64,000 nucleotides of DNA from an uncultured Fidelibacterota bacterium (GCA_913040915.1 CAJWHW010000002.1:43227-107226), one strand, 5' to 3'; positions 20,617 through 32,633 are shown, counted from the stretch's first letter. Numbers and translations: made by a program. The notes: a model not told the origin generated them from the letters alone.

Positions 20617-22190
20617 GTGAAAAAATTATAGTATTTGATACAACATTGCGGGATGGTGAACAAGCGCCAGGTGCATCCCTCAACGTATATGAAAAGTTGG
20701 AAATTGCAAAACAAATGGAGCGACTTAATGTGGATGTTATTGAAGCAGGATTCCCAGTCTCATCGCAAGCACAGTTTGAAGCTGTCCAGCGGATTGCTGA
20801 TTCTGTTGATGCAACCATCGCTGGTTTAGCTCGGACAATTGAAGCTGATATAGATGCTTGTAGGAAGGCGTTGCAAGGTGCTGATCTCTCTCGTATTCAT
20901 ACATTTATTGGCACATCTGATATCCATCTACAGGGAAAATTTGGAGCAGCTCGTTATGGGAAATCACTAAAAGAGAAAAGAAAGACCATAATGAAAATGG
21001 CTCATAATGCGGTTCGATATGCAAAAACATTTACAGATGATGTCGAATTTTCTCCTGAAGATGCAGGAAGAACAGATATTGGCTATTTATCAGAAGTGAT
21101 AGAAACTGTTATTTCTGCCGGAGCGACCACTGTGAATATCCCTGACACAACCGGCTACACTATGCCGGAAGAATTCGGTGCCAAGATTGCAGAAATAAAA
21201 AGTAGAGTGAGTAATATTAATAAAGCTGTGATAAGCGTCCATTGCCACAATGACCTTGGGCTTGCAGTAGCAAATTCATTAAGTGCCATATCTAATGGTG
21301 CGCGGCAAGTAGAATGCACTATTAATGGCATAGGTGAACGAGCAGGAAATGCCAGTATGGAAGAAATTGTGATGGCACTTAATGTTCGTTCCAATTTTTG
21401 GGATTTTCATACAAATATCAACACCGAAGAAATATATAATACCAGCCGTATGGTTTCTGGGTTTACAGGAATGTTGGTTCAGCCTAATAAAGCTATCGTA
21501 GGAGAAAATGCATTTGCTCATGAATCGGGGATACACCAGGATGGTATGTTAAAGAATAGGCATACCTATGAGATTATGACCCCAGAATCGGTAGGCATTG
21601 TTAAAAATAAAATTATTTTGGGACGTCACTCAGGCCGCCATGGACTTTCAGCACGTATGGAAGCACTTGGTTATGAGATATCAGATGAAAACATGGATAA
21701 TCTTTATGAGAGATTTTTAGAGTTGGCTGATAAAAAGAAAGAAATTTATGATGAAGATCTCCGGGTACTTATGGGAGATAAAGCTGAAAGTGATAATGGA
21801 TTTTATCATCTTGATTATCTCCATGTTAACCTAGGGACTACAACGATTGCTACTGCTACAGTCAGGATTAAATCTAAAAACAAAATCTGTGAAGAATCAG
21901 CAACAGGTGATGGCCCTGTAGATGCTTGTTTTCGTGCGATCAGCCGAGCGATTAATTTCCAAGAGCAGGTAAAACTGGAGCATTACCAGGTACGCTCTAT
22001 TACAGCTGGGAAAGGTGCTCTTGGTGAAGTTACCACTCGTCTAAATATCCTTGGCACCGCATATACAGGAAAGGGAGTATCCACAGACACGATCCGTGCC
22101 AGTGCAAAATCTTACCTGCATGCTCTAAATCATTTTGAGTCCATGAAAGATATGGATAATCTTTTTGAAAAAATTACTGAAACTATCTAA
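20613..22190 (+). CDS. leuA: 2-isopropylmalate synthase
   Basis: [41 protein letters not shown]. Confidence 0.95.
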   Translation: MSEKIIVFDTTLRDGEQAPGASLNVYEKLEIAKQMERLNVDVIEAGFPVSSQAQFEAVQRIADSVDATIAGLARTIEADIDACRKALQGADLSRIHTFIGTSDIHLQGKFGAARYGKSLKEKRKTIMKMAHNAVRYAKTFTDDVEFSPEDAGRTDIGYLSEVIETVISAGATTVNIPDTTGYTMPEEFGAKIAEIKSRVSNINKAVISVHCHNDLGLAVANSLSAISNGARQVECTINGIGERAGNASMEEIVMALNVRSNFWDFHTNINTEEIYNTSRMVSGFTGMLVQPNKAIVGENAFAHESGIHQDGMLKNRHTYEIMTPESVGIVKNKIILGRHSGRHGLSARMEALGYEISDENMDNLYERFLELADKKKEIYDEDLRVLMGDKAESDNGFYHLDYLHVNLGTTTIATATVRIKSKNKICEESATGDGPVDACFRAISRAINFQEQVKLEHYQVRSITAGKGALGEVTTRLNILGTAYTGKGVSTDTIRASAKSYLHALNHFESMKDMDNLFEKITETI

Positions 22191-22192
22191 TT

Positions 22193-23584
22193 ATGGCTGG
22201 TAGTACCTTATATGATAAACTTTGGGATATCCATACAGTACGTAACAATGAAGATGGAACAAGTCTTCTTTATATTGATCGCCAGCTAATCCATGAAGTA
22301 ACATCACCACAAGCCTTTGAAGGATTAAAGCTAACTGGTCGTAATCTTTGGCGATCTACTGCTAATGTGGCTGTTCCAGACCACAATATTCCTACCCAAA
22401 ACAGGGATGAAGGAATTACTGATCCTGTATCCAAGTTGCAGGTAGATACTTTGGATAAAAATTGTGATACATTCAATATTATGGAATTTAAAATGTCAAA
22501 TCCAAACCAAGGGATAGTACATGTTATAGGACCTGAACAAGGATTAACATTACCTGGGATGACTATTGTTTGTGGGGATTCCCATACATCTACCCATGGT
22601 GCCCTTGGTGCTCTAGCTTTTGGGATTGGTACATCAGAAGTGGAGCATGTGTTAGCTACTCAATGTCTTATCCAGAAAAAATCAAAAAATATGCTGGTTA
22701 AAGTAGATGGACAATTGCAATCAGGTGTAACAGCAAAAGATTTGATTCTAGCTATTATTGGGAATATTGGCACATCAGGCGGGACAGGACATACCATTGA
22801 ATTTTCCGGTGAGACAATCCGTTCTTTATCAATGGAAGGACGCATGACAATATGCAACATGGCAATTGAAGCGGGTGCACGTGCTGGATTGATAGCTGTC
22901 GATGAAAAAACTCTTAATTATGTGGAAGGGAAACCTTACGCCCCAAAAGGGAATATGTGGTTAAAGGCAGTTAATTATTGGCAGACTCTTCAAAGTGACT
23001 CAGATGCTATTTTTGATAAAATAGTAGAAATGGATGCTAATAAAATCAAGCCCATGGTTACTTGGGGCACATCTCCAGAAATGGTAACAGATGTGGATGG
23101 GGTCATTCCTGTTTCTGCGAGGGGCTCGATGCCACAGGCCTTGTCTTATATGGGTCTTAAGGAAGGTACAGCCATAAAAGATATCACATTGGATAAAGTT
23201 TTTATTGGTTCCTGCACAAATTCACGAATTGAAGATCTTCGTGAAGCAGCTAGGATTGTAATTGGTAAAAAAGTAGCGAACTCAATAAAATTAGCTATGG
23301 TTGTCCCCGGTTCGGGACCAGTCAAATATCAAGCAGAGAAGGAGGGGTTAGACAAGATATTTTTAGATGCAGGATTTGAATGGCGTGAGCCAGGCTGTTC
23401 TATGTGTTTGGCTATGAATTCTGACCGTTTAAATCCGGGTGAGCGTTGTGCATCAACATCTAACCGAAACTTTGAAGGGCGTCAGGGGAGAGGTGGTCGG
23501 ACCCATTTAGTAAGTCCAGCCATGGCAGCTGCAGCTGCTATAAATGGTCACTTTGTCAATGTAGCTAGAGATTGGAATAAATAA
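22193..23584 (+). CDS. leuC: 3-isopropylmalate dehydratase large subunit
   Basis: [36 protein letters not shown]. Confidence 0.96.
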   Translation: MAGSTLYDKLWDIHTVRNNEDGTSLLYIDRQLIHEVTSPQAFEGLKLTGRNLWRSTANVAVPDHNIPTQNRDEGITDPVSKLQVDTLDKNCDTFNIMEFKMSNPNQGIVHVIGPEQGLTLPGMTIVCGDSHTSTHGALGALAFGIGTSEVEHVLATQCLIQKKSKNMLVKVDGQLQSGVTAKDLILAIIGNIGTSGGTGHTIEFSGETIRSLSMEGRMTICNMAIEAGARAGLIAVDEKTLNYVEGKPYAPKGNMWLKAVNYWQTLQSDSDAIFDKIVEMDANKIKPMVTWGTSPEMVTDVDGVIPVSARGSMPQALSYMGLKEGTAIKDITLDKVFIGSCTNSRIEDLREAARIVIGKKVANSIKLAMVVPGSGPVKYQAEKEGLDKIFLDAGFEWREPGCSMCLAMNSDRLNPGERCASTSNRNFEGRQGRGGRTHLVSPAMAAAAAINGHFVNVARDWNK

Positions 23585-23585
23585 A

Positions 23586-24230
23586 ATGGAAAAATTTCAA
23601 ACTTTTACTGGAATAGTTGCTCCTCTAGATCGTGCTAATATTGATACGGATGCCATTATTCCAAAACAATTTTTAAAATCTATTAAACGAACTGGCTTTG
23701 GTCCAAACCTATTTGATGAATGGCGATATTTAGATACTGGCGAACCGGGCCAAGATTGTAGTAACCGGCCACTGAATAAGGATTTTGTTCTAAATAAAAA
23801 ACGATTTATAGATGCTTCAATTTTATTAACAGGTGAAAATTTTGGATGTGGATCCAGTCGAGAACATGCACCCTGGGCCTTGTTGGATTATGGTATTAAA
23901 ACAGTTATTGCAGAAAGTTTTGCAGATATTTTTTACAATAACTGTTTTAAAAATGGAATCCTTCCTATTACCTTGGGGAAAAATCTCATCCAGAGTCTTT
24001 TTAAAAAAACTGAAGCCGAAAAAGGGTTTTTTCTAATAGTAGATCTAGAAAAGCAGTTATTAACAGATCCCAAAGGTGAATCTTTAGGCTTTCAATTAGA
24101 AGCTTTCAGAAAGAGCATACTATTGAAAGGGCTTGATGAGATTGGATCAACGCTAACTTATAAGGAAGAGATACAAAAATTTGAATTACACCATAAAAAA
24201 GGGCAGCCGTGGCTGTTTACAAACAGATGA
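23586..24230 (+). CDS. leuD: 3-isopropylmalate dehydratase small subunit
   Basis: [34 protein letters not shown]. Confidence 0.96.
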   Translation: MEKFQTFTGIVAPLDRANIDTDAIIPKQFLKSIKRTGFGPNLFDEWRYLDTGEPGQDCSNRPLNKDFVLNKKRFIDASILLTGENFGCGSSREHAPWALLDYGIKTVIAESFADIFYNNCFKNGILPITLGKNLIQSLFKKTEAEKGFFLIVDLEKQLLTDPKGESLGFQLEAFRKSILLKGLDEIGSTLTYKEEIQKFELHHKKGQPWLFTNR

Positions 24231-25846
24231 ATAAAAAATTAAAAAAAATCGAATTATTTGATACGACACTCAGAGATGGGACTCAAGGAGAAGGAGTTAA
24301 TCTTTCCGTGGATGATAAATTACGGATTGCTGCTAAGCTAGATGAATTTGGCATTAATATTATTGAGGGTGGCTGGCCTGGGAGTAACCCAAAGGATCAG
24401 GAATTTTTTCAGCGTTCAAGCGAATTAAATTTGCAACAAGCACAAATATGTGCTTTTGGTTCAACAGCACGTTGGCCAGATAAAATTGAATCTGATCCTA
24501 ATCTAAATGCACTGTTAGATGCTGAAACACCAGTGATTACACTTTTTGGAAAAACTTGGGAGCTTCATTCTGAAAAAGGCCTGGGATTAAATGAATATGA
24601 GAATGCCCAGCTTATTGAAAAATCAATCTCTTTTTTAGTAAAAGAGGGAAAACGAGTCATTTTTGATGCTGAGCACTTTTTTGATGGATATAAGGCTTCT
24701 CCATCATTTGCATTATCGATGTTAGAAGCAGCACAAAGAGGTGGAGCAGATACTCTAGTATTATGTGATACAAATGGCGGCTCCTTACCAGGGTTTATTA
24801 AAAATGCTACCGATAAAGTAGCTAGGAAATATAATACTCGTGTTGGAATTCATGTTCATAATGATGGAGGTCTCGCTACAGCAAATACATTAGCTGCTGT
24901 TGAGGCAGGAGTCACGCATGTCCAGGGGACGATTAATGGTGTTGGTGAACGATGTGGGAATGCGAATCTGGGTATAATCATACCTAATCTAATTTTGAAA
25001 ATGGATTATGAGACTCAATCAAAAATCAATTTAGAAAATTTGACACATTTAACCCATTTTGTGTATGGCAGCATGAATCGTCATCCCGATGATCAAGCCC
25101 CTTATGTTGGAAAATCAGCCTTCGCACACAAGGGGGGTATTCATGTTAGTGCGGTAATGAAAGATAGTAGAATGTATGAACATATTGACCCTAAGGTTAT
25201 TGGAAACCACCAAAGGGTACTCATATCAGACCTAGCTGGACAAAGTAATATTCGATTCAAGGCAGATGAACTTAATGTGGCATTAAATGGAGATAATAAA
25301 TTAACAAAGGATATAGTCCTTCATATTAAATCCTTGGAACACGAAGGTTACCAATTTGAAGGAGCTGAGGCTTCTTTCGAACTTATGCTTCTTGAAAGAA
25401 AGGGTGCTTTTACACCGTTTTTTGATGTAATGAGTTCCAGAGTTAATGTGAACTATGATCATTCTGGACATAATAAAGCAGATGCCATGTTGAAAGTTGT
25501 TGTAGATGGTGAAGTTGAGCAAACAGCTGCAGATGGTGTAGGCCCAGTTGATGCTTTAAATAATGCATTAAAAAAAGCATTAATTCGATTTTATCCTCAA
25601 TTGAATGAATTAAAACTTACTGATTATAAAGTTCGTGTATTAAATGAAGAGGACGGCACTAGTGCCAAAGTTCGTGTCTTGATTGAAAGTTCGGATGGCA
25701 TAGCTAGTTGGACAACCATTGGTGTTTCAGAAAATATTATTGAAGCCACATGGCAGGCACTGAGGGATAGTTTTAATTATCGTTTATTAAAGACAGAAGT
25801 AAATCAGAAAATAAATATAAATAAAAAAGAAAAAACACATGCCTAA
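24227..25846 (+). CDS. cimA: Citramalate synthase
   Basis: [52 protein letters not shown] overlap with the leuD stop sets the start at 24227. Confidence 0.9.
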   Translation: MNKKLKKIELFDTTLRDGTQGEGVNLSVDDKLRIAAKLDEFGINIIEGGWPGSNPKDQEFFQRSSELNLQQAQICAFGSTARWPDKIESDPNLNALLDAETPVITLFGKTWELHSEKGLGLNEYENAQLIEKSISFLVKEGKRVIFDAEHFFDGYKASPSFALSMLEAAQRGGADTLVLCDTNGGSLPGFIKNATDKVARKYNTRVGIHVHNDGGLATANTLAAVEAGVTHVQGTINGVGERCGNANLGIIIPNLILKMDYETQSKINLENLTHLTHFVYGSMNRHPDDQAPYVGKSAFAHKGGIHVSAVMKDSRMYEHIDPKVIGNHQRVLISDLAGQSNIRFKADELNVALNGDNKLTKDIVLHIKSLEHEGYQFEGAEASFELMLLERKGAFTPFFDVMSSRVNVNYDHSGHNKADAMLKVVVDGEVEQTAADGVGPVDALNNALKKALIRFYPQLNELKLTDYKVRVLNEEDGTSAKVRVLIESSDGIASWTTIGVSENIIEATWQALRDSFNYRLLKTEVNQKININKKEKTHA

Positions 25847-25903
25847 TCATTGGGAAAAATATGGCTTAATGGTGAAACACTCCATATAACTACCAGGTTT
25901 TAA
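25839..25903 (+). pseudogene. Possible relic of the branched-chain aminotransferase (IlvE) N-terminus
   Basis: An ATG overlaps the end of cimA; after a one-base shift the sequence reads GKIWLNGE, similar to the IlvE start (IW.NGE). Very short match. Confidence 0.35.
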
Positions 25904-25919
25904 TTTTTAATTATTAAAA

Positions 25920-28900
25920 ATGTATAAGGAAAAGAAAATTTATTCTTTATATAACCCACAGGTCTTTCACGATGCCTGTGGTATTGGATTCATTGTAACA
26001 AGATCTGGAAAACCAGAGAAAAGAATACTTCCTTTAGCTATAAAATCATTAAAACGACTATCTCACCGTGGAGCAAAGTCTTATGATCGGAAATCTGGTG
26101 ATGGTTCAGGTATCCTTATAGACTTACCGAAAACATTTTTTAGAACTGTTCTTCGTAATGAGTTTAATAAGTCTATTCCCGGAAGAGAAATTTTAGCAGT
26201 AGCTATGGTTTTCACAACTGCATATGAGCGGAAGTGGCTTGAAAAACTATTTGCAATACAATTAAAGGAATCGGGATTTCGCTTACATGCAGTCAGGTGT
26301 GTTCCTACAGAAAATAAATCTTTAGGTGAGCTTGCCTTTAAAACTAAACCTATAATATTACAGTTCATTGTTTCTGGAAAAAAAATCAGGAAAAAGAATT
26401 TTGAGACTAGTTTGTATCTTCTAAGAAAAATAATTGAGAAAAAGATATTAAATGAAAGAAAAAAATCATACATCTGTTCTTTTTCATCAAAAATAATTGT
26501 GTATAAGGGGCTGATGGCATCAGCACAGCTCGATCAGTTTTACCTTGATCTTCGCGATAAGGATTTTGTTGTAAAAATGGTTTTATTTCACGAACGCTTT
26601 TCTACTAATACAGGATCTGCTTGGGCCATGGCCCAGCCGTTTCAAATGGTTGCTCACAATGGTGAATTCAATACCATAAAAGGAAACAGGTTATGGATGA
26701 AAGCTCGTGAAAAAGAAATTTCATCAAAATTTTGGGGATCAGATTTAGATAACTTAAAACCAATAATAGAACCTACCGGAAGCGATTCAAAAAGTTTTGA
26801 TAATGTATTGGAGTTTCTAGTAAGAAGTGGGCGGAATATTTTTGATAGTATTATGATTATGATTCCGGATACATATTCTCAAAAAAAGAAATACTACAGT
26901 AACAGAAATATGAATAGAAAAATGCGTGATTATTTTGTATATCATGAAAACTTTATAGAACCATGGGATGGCCCTGCTGCAGTTGTTTACACCGATGGTG
27001 ACTTTATAGGTGCTAAAATGGATCGTAATGGTTTACGTCCTCTAAGATATACTATTACAAAGGATAATCTTGTCATAATGGCATCAGAAGCGGGTATTCT
27101 TGAAGTGGATGATGATAACCTAATTCTTCACCACCATATGAAATCGGAAGAAATATTTGGCGTATCTCTATCTGATGGCGCAATTATAAAAAATAAAGAA
27201 TTGAAAATTAGGGAGGCATCAAAAAAACCCTATGGTCAGCTCTTAAAAAATAATTTGCACGTTTTAAATAGACAAAACACTTCCGATGAATTTGGAATAT
27301 TTGGAATACCTCCAGATGGGTTTGATCAGCGTTTAAGAGTTGCGCTTGGATGGTCAAAGGAAGATCTCACTAAATTTTTAATTCCAATGGCTACAAATAG
27401 AAGAGAACCATTGGGATCAATGGGGGATGATACTCCTTTGGCTGCAATTTCACAAATTGACCGCAGGTTTTATGATTATTTTAAACAGTGGTTTGCACAG
27501 GTTACAAATCCACCAATTGATTCGATAAGAGAACGATCTGTCATGAGCTTATATAAATACCTCGGTAGTGAGGATAATTTATTAAATACTCGACCGACAT
27601 TTAATGGAGCTATAAGAATAACGAGCCCAGTATTATCACCAAATGAAATTTTAAAACTCCATGGCTATAAAGATTGGTTTATGCATAAAAAATTTATTTG
27701 TCACTATAAAAAATCTGCGAACCTAGGTTTAAAACTGCAACGAATTAATTATAATTCTGCAAAATCTGTAGAAAATGGGGCAAAGATTATTTTTTTAAGT
27801 GATGAGGGATTAAAATGTGGCGCCTTGCCTATACCAATGCCCCTGGTTGTTTCATCCGTACATAATTATTTAGTTAAGAAAAAGTTAAGAAGTAATGTTT
27901 CAATTATTTGCATTGCGGGTGATGTTGTTGAAGACCATCACATTGCAGTTTTAATAGCTTTAGGCGCTAGCGCGGTATATCCCTATATGGCTTATGAACT
28001 AATCAGAGAATATTTTAATGATGATGATTGGGCTGAAAAAATGAGTAACTATCGTTATGCACTTGAAAAAGGGTTACTCAAGATTATGTCCAAAATGGGA
28101 ATATCTACTATAAGTAGCTATCATGGTAGTATGTTGCTACATTCTATAGGACTGGGTCCAAAAATTTCCAAATCTCATTTCCCTACTATTCCAAGCTATT
28201 TAGGTGGGGTTGAGATTGAAAATATTCATAATTCTTTATTGAAACGTCATGAGATTGCTTTTGATGTAAAAAAGAATGGAATGGTAGAAAAAGGATTATA
28301 CAGGTATAGAAAAAAGGGCGAGGCTCATGGGTTTAGCCCTGTAAATTTTAAAAAAATACAATCTGTATCCGAAAATAATAAGGTTACCAAATCCTCTGCT
28401 GAAATTGATATTGTTTATATTAGAGATTTTTTCAAGATAGTAAGTAAAAGAATTTCTATTAATATTGATATGGTAGAGTCATCAGAATCAATTCTTAAGC
28501 GAATTGGGTCAGGTGGAATCTCCTTTGGAGCAATTTCTGAAAAATCTCATCGGGAACTTGCTAGAGGCTTTACTTTAGTTGGCGCAAGAAGTAATACAGG
28601 AGAAGGAGGTGAGTTGGAAGACCGTTACAGTGTATCTAATCCTGATAAAAATGTGAATTCTTATGTAAAACAGATTGCGAGTGGAAGATTTGGAGTCAAT
28701 GTTGAGTACCTTACGGCAGCACGCGAAATACAAATAAAAATGGCACAGGGTGCGAAACCAGGTGAAGGAGGGCAACTTCCTGGGTTCAAAGTTTCAAATC
28801 TAATTGCTTCAGCCAGATCATCAACACCTGGCATGCCATTAATTAGTCCACCACCTCACCATGATATATATAGTATTGAAGACATCAAACAATTAATTTA

Positions 28901-30413
28901 TGATTTAAAAGTAGTAAACCCGCGTGCAAAAGTATCTGTAAAGCTAGTGGCTCAACCAGGTATTGGTACAATTGCATCTGGAGTTGTAAAGGCAGGCGCC
29001 GATATTATTTTGATTTCTGGTGCAGATGGAGGGACAGGAGCAAGTCCATTAGGTTCTTTAAAACATGCAGGTTTCCCTTGGGAATATGGGTTAGCAGAAT
29101 CTCACCAGGTTCTTCATGCAAATGGGCTTCGTGACAGAGTTATACTTAGGGTAGATGGTGGAATTAAATGGGCAAGAGACATTATCATTGCGGCTATTCT
29201 TGGTGCGGAGGAATACGATTTTGGTACTGCTGCTTTAGTTTCTTTAGGGTGCATTATGGCTAGACAATGTCATTTAAATACTTGTCCTGCAGGCATTGCT
29301 ACAAATGATGAAAAATATATGAAAAAATTTAAGGGCAAAGCTGAGAATATTAGTTATTATTTAGAAAATATTACCCAGGAAATAAGATTAGAATTATCTG
29401 AAATGGGGTATATGCATTTGCAGTCGATTATAGGGCGTACAGATTTATTAAGTATCAATAGAAAGTATAATGGATATATGAAAAGTCGCGGACTCAATTT
29501 TGATATCCTGTTAAATAAAGGTGCAAAAAATGGATTGCCATTACAATCTGATATGAAAGTACAATATACCGATGTAAGGCAGAAAAAAACCATTGATGAA
29601 GAAATTATCAATGAAATACGATCGGAAATGTTAACTCATGGTCATGCTGTTATTTATAAAAATATAAAAAACACTGATAGAGCAATTGGTGCGCGTATAT
29701 CAGGTGAAATTTCTTTTCTTTATGGAAGAAATAATTTTAAAGGGAGTATTCAGTGCCGTTTATTTGGTACAGCCGGACAAAGTTTTGGCGCATTTTTAAG
29801 TAAAGGCATAGAATTACGTTTAAAAGGGATTGCCAATGATTATGTCGGCAAAGGCATGTCATCAGGTTTGATTACTATTCGTATGCCCGAAAAAATTCGT
29901 AGACAGGATAAAGACCATACCGTTATTGGAAATGTGGCCCTCTATGGAGCGACGGGAGGTCAAATATTTGTTGCAGGTAGAGGAGGTGAAAGATTTGCCG
30001 TTAGGAATAGCGGCGCATCTGGTGTTATTGAAGGGATAGGTAACCATGGATGTGAATACATGACACAGGGAACAATCATTATTCTTGGGCAAATAGGGAA
30101 AAATTTCGGCGCAGGCATGACAGGCGGTGTTGCTTATGTTTATTCCAAGAAAAAAAAGCTAGAAAACTATATAAATAAAGATTTTATTAATGAAGTTAAT
30201 TTGGATAAAAAGGATCAAAGCTTGGTTTTAAGGCTACTAAGGAACCACAATTTTCACACTGATTCATCTATAGGTAAAAAGATTATAAATAACTGGGATA
30301 ATGAAATAATATTTTTTAAGAAATTAATACCAACTGCCATGGATATTGTGGATTTGGACAATATTTATAATTTACATGTGGCGGATCGAATCAATGTGGT
30401 TTTAAATGAGTAG
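25920..30413 (+). CDS. gltB: Glutamate synthase large subunit
   Basis: HDACGIGF (processed Ntn Cys), HERFSTNT, EPWDGPA, QGAKPGEGG, [3Fe-4S] motif CIMARQCHLNTC, C-terminal GXGXG beta-helix. Confidence 0.96.
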   Translation: MYKEKKIYSLYNPQVFHDACGIGFIVTRSGKPEKRILPLAIKSLKRLSHRGAKSYDRKSGDGSGILIDLPKTFFRTVLRNEFNKSIPGREILAVAMVFTTAYERKWLEKLFAIQLKESGFRLHAVRCVPTENKSLGELAFKTKPIILQFIVSGKKIRKKNFETSLYLLRKIIEKKILNERKKSYICSFSSKIIVYKGLMASAQLDQFYLDLRDKDFVVKMVLFHERFSTNTGSAWAMAQPFQMVAHNGEFNTIKGNRLWMKAREKEISSKFWGSDLDNLKPIIEPTGSDSKSFDNVLEFLVRSGRNIFDSIMIMIPDTYSQKKKYYSNRNMNRKMRDYFVYHENFIEPWDGPAAVVYTDGDFIGAKMDRNGLRPLRYTITKDNLVIMASEAGILEVDDDNLILHHHMKSEEIFGVSLSDGAIIKNKELKIREASKKPYGQLLKNNLHVLNRQNTSDEFGIFGIPPDGFDQRLRVALGWSKEDLTKFLIPMATNRREPLGSMGDDTPLAAISQIDRRFYDYFKQWFAQVTNPPIDSIRERSVMSLYKYLGSEDNLLNTRPTFNGAIRITSPVLSPNEILKLHGYKDWFMHKKFICHYKKSANLGLKLQRINYNSAKSVENGAKIIFLSDEGLKCGALPIPMPLVVSSVHNYLVKKKLRSNVSIICIAGDVVEDHHIAVLIALGASAVYPYMAYELIREYFNDDDWAEKMSNYRYALEKGLLKIMSKMGISTISSYHGSMLLHSIGLGPKISKSHFPTIPSYLGGVEIENIHNSLLKRHEIAFDVKKNGMVEKGLYRYRKKGEAHGFSPVNFKKIQSVSENNKVTKSSAEIDIVYIRDFFKIVSKRISINIDMVESSESILKRIGSGGISFGAISEKSHRELARGFTLVGARSNTGEGGELEDRYSVSNPDKNVNSYVKQIASGRFGVNVEYLTAAREIQIKMAQGAKPGEGGQLPGFKVSNLIASARSSTPGMPLISPPPHHDIYSIEDIKQLIYDLKVVNPRAKVSVKLVAQPGIGTIASGVVKAGADIILISGADGGTGASPLGSLKHAGFPWEYGLAESHQVLHANGLRDRVILRVDGGIKWARDIIIAAILGAEEYDFGTAALVSLGCIMARQCHLNTCPAGIATNDEKYMKKFKGKAENISYYLENITQEIRLELSEMGYMHLQSIIGRTDLLSINRKYNGYMKSRGLNFDILLNKGAKNGLPLQSDMKVQYTDVRQKKTIDEEIINEIRSEMLTHGHAVIYKNIKNTDRAIGARISGEISFLYGRNNFKGSIQCRLFGTAGQSFGAFLSKGIELRLKGIANDYVGKGMSSGLITIRMPEKIRRQDKDHTVIGNVALYGATGGQIFVAGRGGERFAVRNSGASGVIEGIGNHGCEYMTQGTIIILGQIGKNFGAGMTGGVAYVYSKKKKLENYINKDFINEVNLDKKDQSLVLRLLRNHNFHTDSSIGKKIINNWDNEIIFFKKLIPTAMDIVDLDNIYNLHVADRINVVLNE

Positions 30414-30659
30414 TTATTTAAGGATCAATAATGCCATTATTTCATATATTTATAATATATAGTTAAAATACATTATATATTAATTATTATAAAGTTATTA
30501 ATTATATAATAATAATATATTTATACATATTACTTTATAATTTTATAATATTCTTGATTATTATTCTTATTAAAATTAATATTATATGTTAATATCATTA
30601 ATATAATAATATTATAATGATATTATATAAATATATTTAATATTATAAGGGATGAGGCT

Positions 30660-31295
30660 ATGTCAAAAAAAATAATCTTACACTTCTTAGTAATTATTTC
30701 AGGGTTCACAACTATTTATGGAGAATGGGGAGTTTCATGTGATATATATAGTCGATATGTGTGGAGAGGTACTGATTTTGGAAATAGCCCATCGATTCAG
30801 CCCGGTATTTCATATACTACAGGTCCCTTAACTTTGGGTGCGTGGAGTGCATGGCAATATAGCGGAAGTGGAAATGAGAATGACTTATATGTGACTTACA
30901 CAATCGGCGATTATTCATTAACCTTTACAGATTATTATTTCCCAGGACCCTCTTCTAGTGGTGATTTCACCGTATTTGCACCAGATACAGGAGCTCACAA
31001 TATAGAAATATCTCTTGGCGGTTCCTTTAGTGGGGTAGGGTTAACAGCAGCAATGTTTATTATTGAGCCAGGTTTTTATGGTGCATTCGAAGATGAAAAA
31101 GCTCCAATGTCAAAATACATTAATCTTTCTTATGGCTCTTTCATGATTGGTTTAGGAAATGGAGGCTATACATCTGATGGTGGGTTTACGGCGATTGAAT
31201 TAGGGGTATCCGCGAGCAATGATAAATTTAAATGCTCATGGATTTTAAATCCTGATTCTGGTTTGGCCTTTCTTATTATCGGTATGAGTCTATAA
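30660..31295 (+). CDS. Putative outer-membrane beta-barrel (TorF / gcw_chp-like porin) associated with amtB-glnK
   Basis: Signal peptide; motif SRYVWRG....PSIQP...GAW...ENDLY...DYYFP recalled from this family; directly upstream of amtB. Confidence 0.7.
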   Translation: MSKKIILHFLVIISGFTTIYGEWGVSCDIYSRYVWRGTDFGNSPSIQPGISYTTGPLTLGAWSAWQYSGSGNENDLYVTYTIGDYSLTFTDYYFPGPSSSGDFTVFAPDTGAHNIEISLGGSFSGVGLTAAMFIIEPGFYGAFEDEKAPMSKYINLSYGSFMIGLGNGGYTSDGGFTAIELGVSASNDKFKCSWILNPDSGLAFLIIGMSL

Positions 31296-31316
31296 AATAA
31301 TATAGGAATCAAAAAA

Positions 31317-32621
31317 ATGAAAAAAATTAGAATTTTATTTATTTGTTTATTTTGCACGAATTTTTCATTATTACTTGCTAATAGTGATCCAACAACTTCA
31401 GATGCCATATTTACTGTTAATAATACCTGGATGCTCGTTGCAACAATTTTAGTATTTATAATGCATTTAGGATTTGCAAGTTTAGAGGCAGGACTTACTC
31501 GATCAAAAAATACAGTAAACATTCTTTTTAAAAATGTTTCTATCATTGCCATTGGTATTTTGAGTTATGCTATTTGTGGATTTAACTTAATGTATCCAGG
31601 TGATTTCAATAGCTACTTTGGATTTGCCGGTTTTGGTATAAATAATCCAGTAGGTTCGGCAGGGTTGATTGATTATGCTGGTGGAGCTTATACTTATTTC
31701 ACAGATTTTATATTTCAAGCTATGTTCGCTGCAACAGCTGCAACTATTGTTTCTGGAGCTGTGGCAGAAAGAATAAAGCTATCATCATTCCTGATATTCT
31801 CAGCTGTATATGTAGCAATAATATATCCCATAGCAGGTTCTTGGAAGTGGGGTGGAGGCTGGTTAGATCAACTTGGTTTTTATGATTTTGCAGGATCTAC
31901 TTTGGTACATGGTGTTGGAGGTTGGGCTGCACTTGTAGGCGCAATTATACTAGGACCTAGAATTGGTAAATATGGGAAAAATGGAAAAATGAAACCAATT
32001 TTAGGCCATAATATGCCACTTGCAACTATTGGTGTTTTTCTTTTATGGTTTGGTTGGTATGGATTTAATGGAGGGTCAGTACTTTCTGCAGATCCTGGTG
32101 CTGTATCTTTAGTGTTTGTTACTACCACTTTAGCAGCAGCAGCGGGTGTGATTGGAGCAATGGCTACGTCTTGGTTTATAAGTCAAAAACCAGATTTATC
32201 AATGATATTAAATGGTTCATTATCTGGGTTGGTTGGTATCACAGCTGGTGCAGACGTTATCAGTCCAATGAACTCTGTATTAGTTGGTTTTATTTCGGGT
32301 ATCATTGTGGTTTTATTTGTAATACAATTAGATAAATTAAAAATTGATGATCCTGTTGGCGCTATATCTGTCCACCTTGTTTGCGGTATCTGGGGAACTC
32401 TTGCTGTCGGTATTTTTAGTCCCCTACACAGTTTATATGTTCAAGCGTTGGGTATTTTAGCATATGGATTTATCAGTCTTATTGGTTCAATTCTGATCTT
32501 TTTAGCATTGAAACATACCATTGGCCTAAGAGTCTCAGAAGATGAAGAAATTATAGGACTTGATATTGGAGAACATGATATGGAGTCATATGCTGGCTTT
32601 GAAATTTTCACTGTAGAATAG
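31317..32621 (+). CDS. amtB: Ammonium transporter
   Basis: FQAMFA, DFAGSTLVH, LWFGWYGFNGGS, DDPVGAISVH; both pore His residues present. Confidence 0.96.
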   Translation: MKKIRILFICLFCTNFSLLLANSDPTTSDAIFTVNNTWMLVATILVFIMHLGFASLEAGLTRSKNTVNILFKNVSIIAIGILSYAICGFNLMYPGDFNSYFGFAGFGINNPVGSAGLIDYAGGAYTYFTDFIFQAMFAATAATIVSGAVAERIKLSSFLIFSAVYVAIIYPIAGSWKWGGGWLDQLGFYDFAGSTLVHGVGGWAALVGAIILGPRIGKYGKNGKMKPILGHNMPLATIGVFLLWFGWYGFNGGSVLSADPGAVSLVFVTTTLAAAAGVIGAMATSWFISQKPDLSMILNGSLSGLVGITAGADVISPMNSVLVGFISGIIVVLFVIQLDKLKIDDPVGAISVHLVCGIWGTLAVGIFSPLHSLYVQALGILAYGFISLIGSILIFLALKHTIGLRVSEDEEIIGLDIGEHDMESYAGFEIFTVE

Positions 32622-32633
32622 GAGAATTTATTA

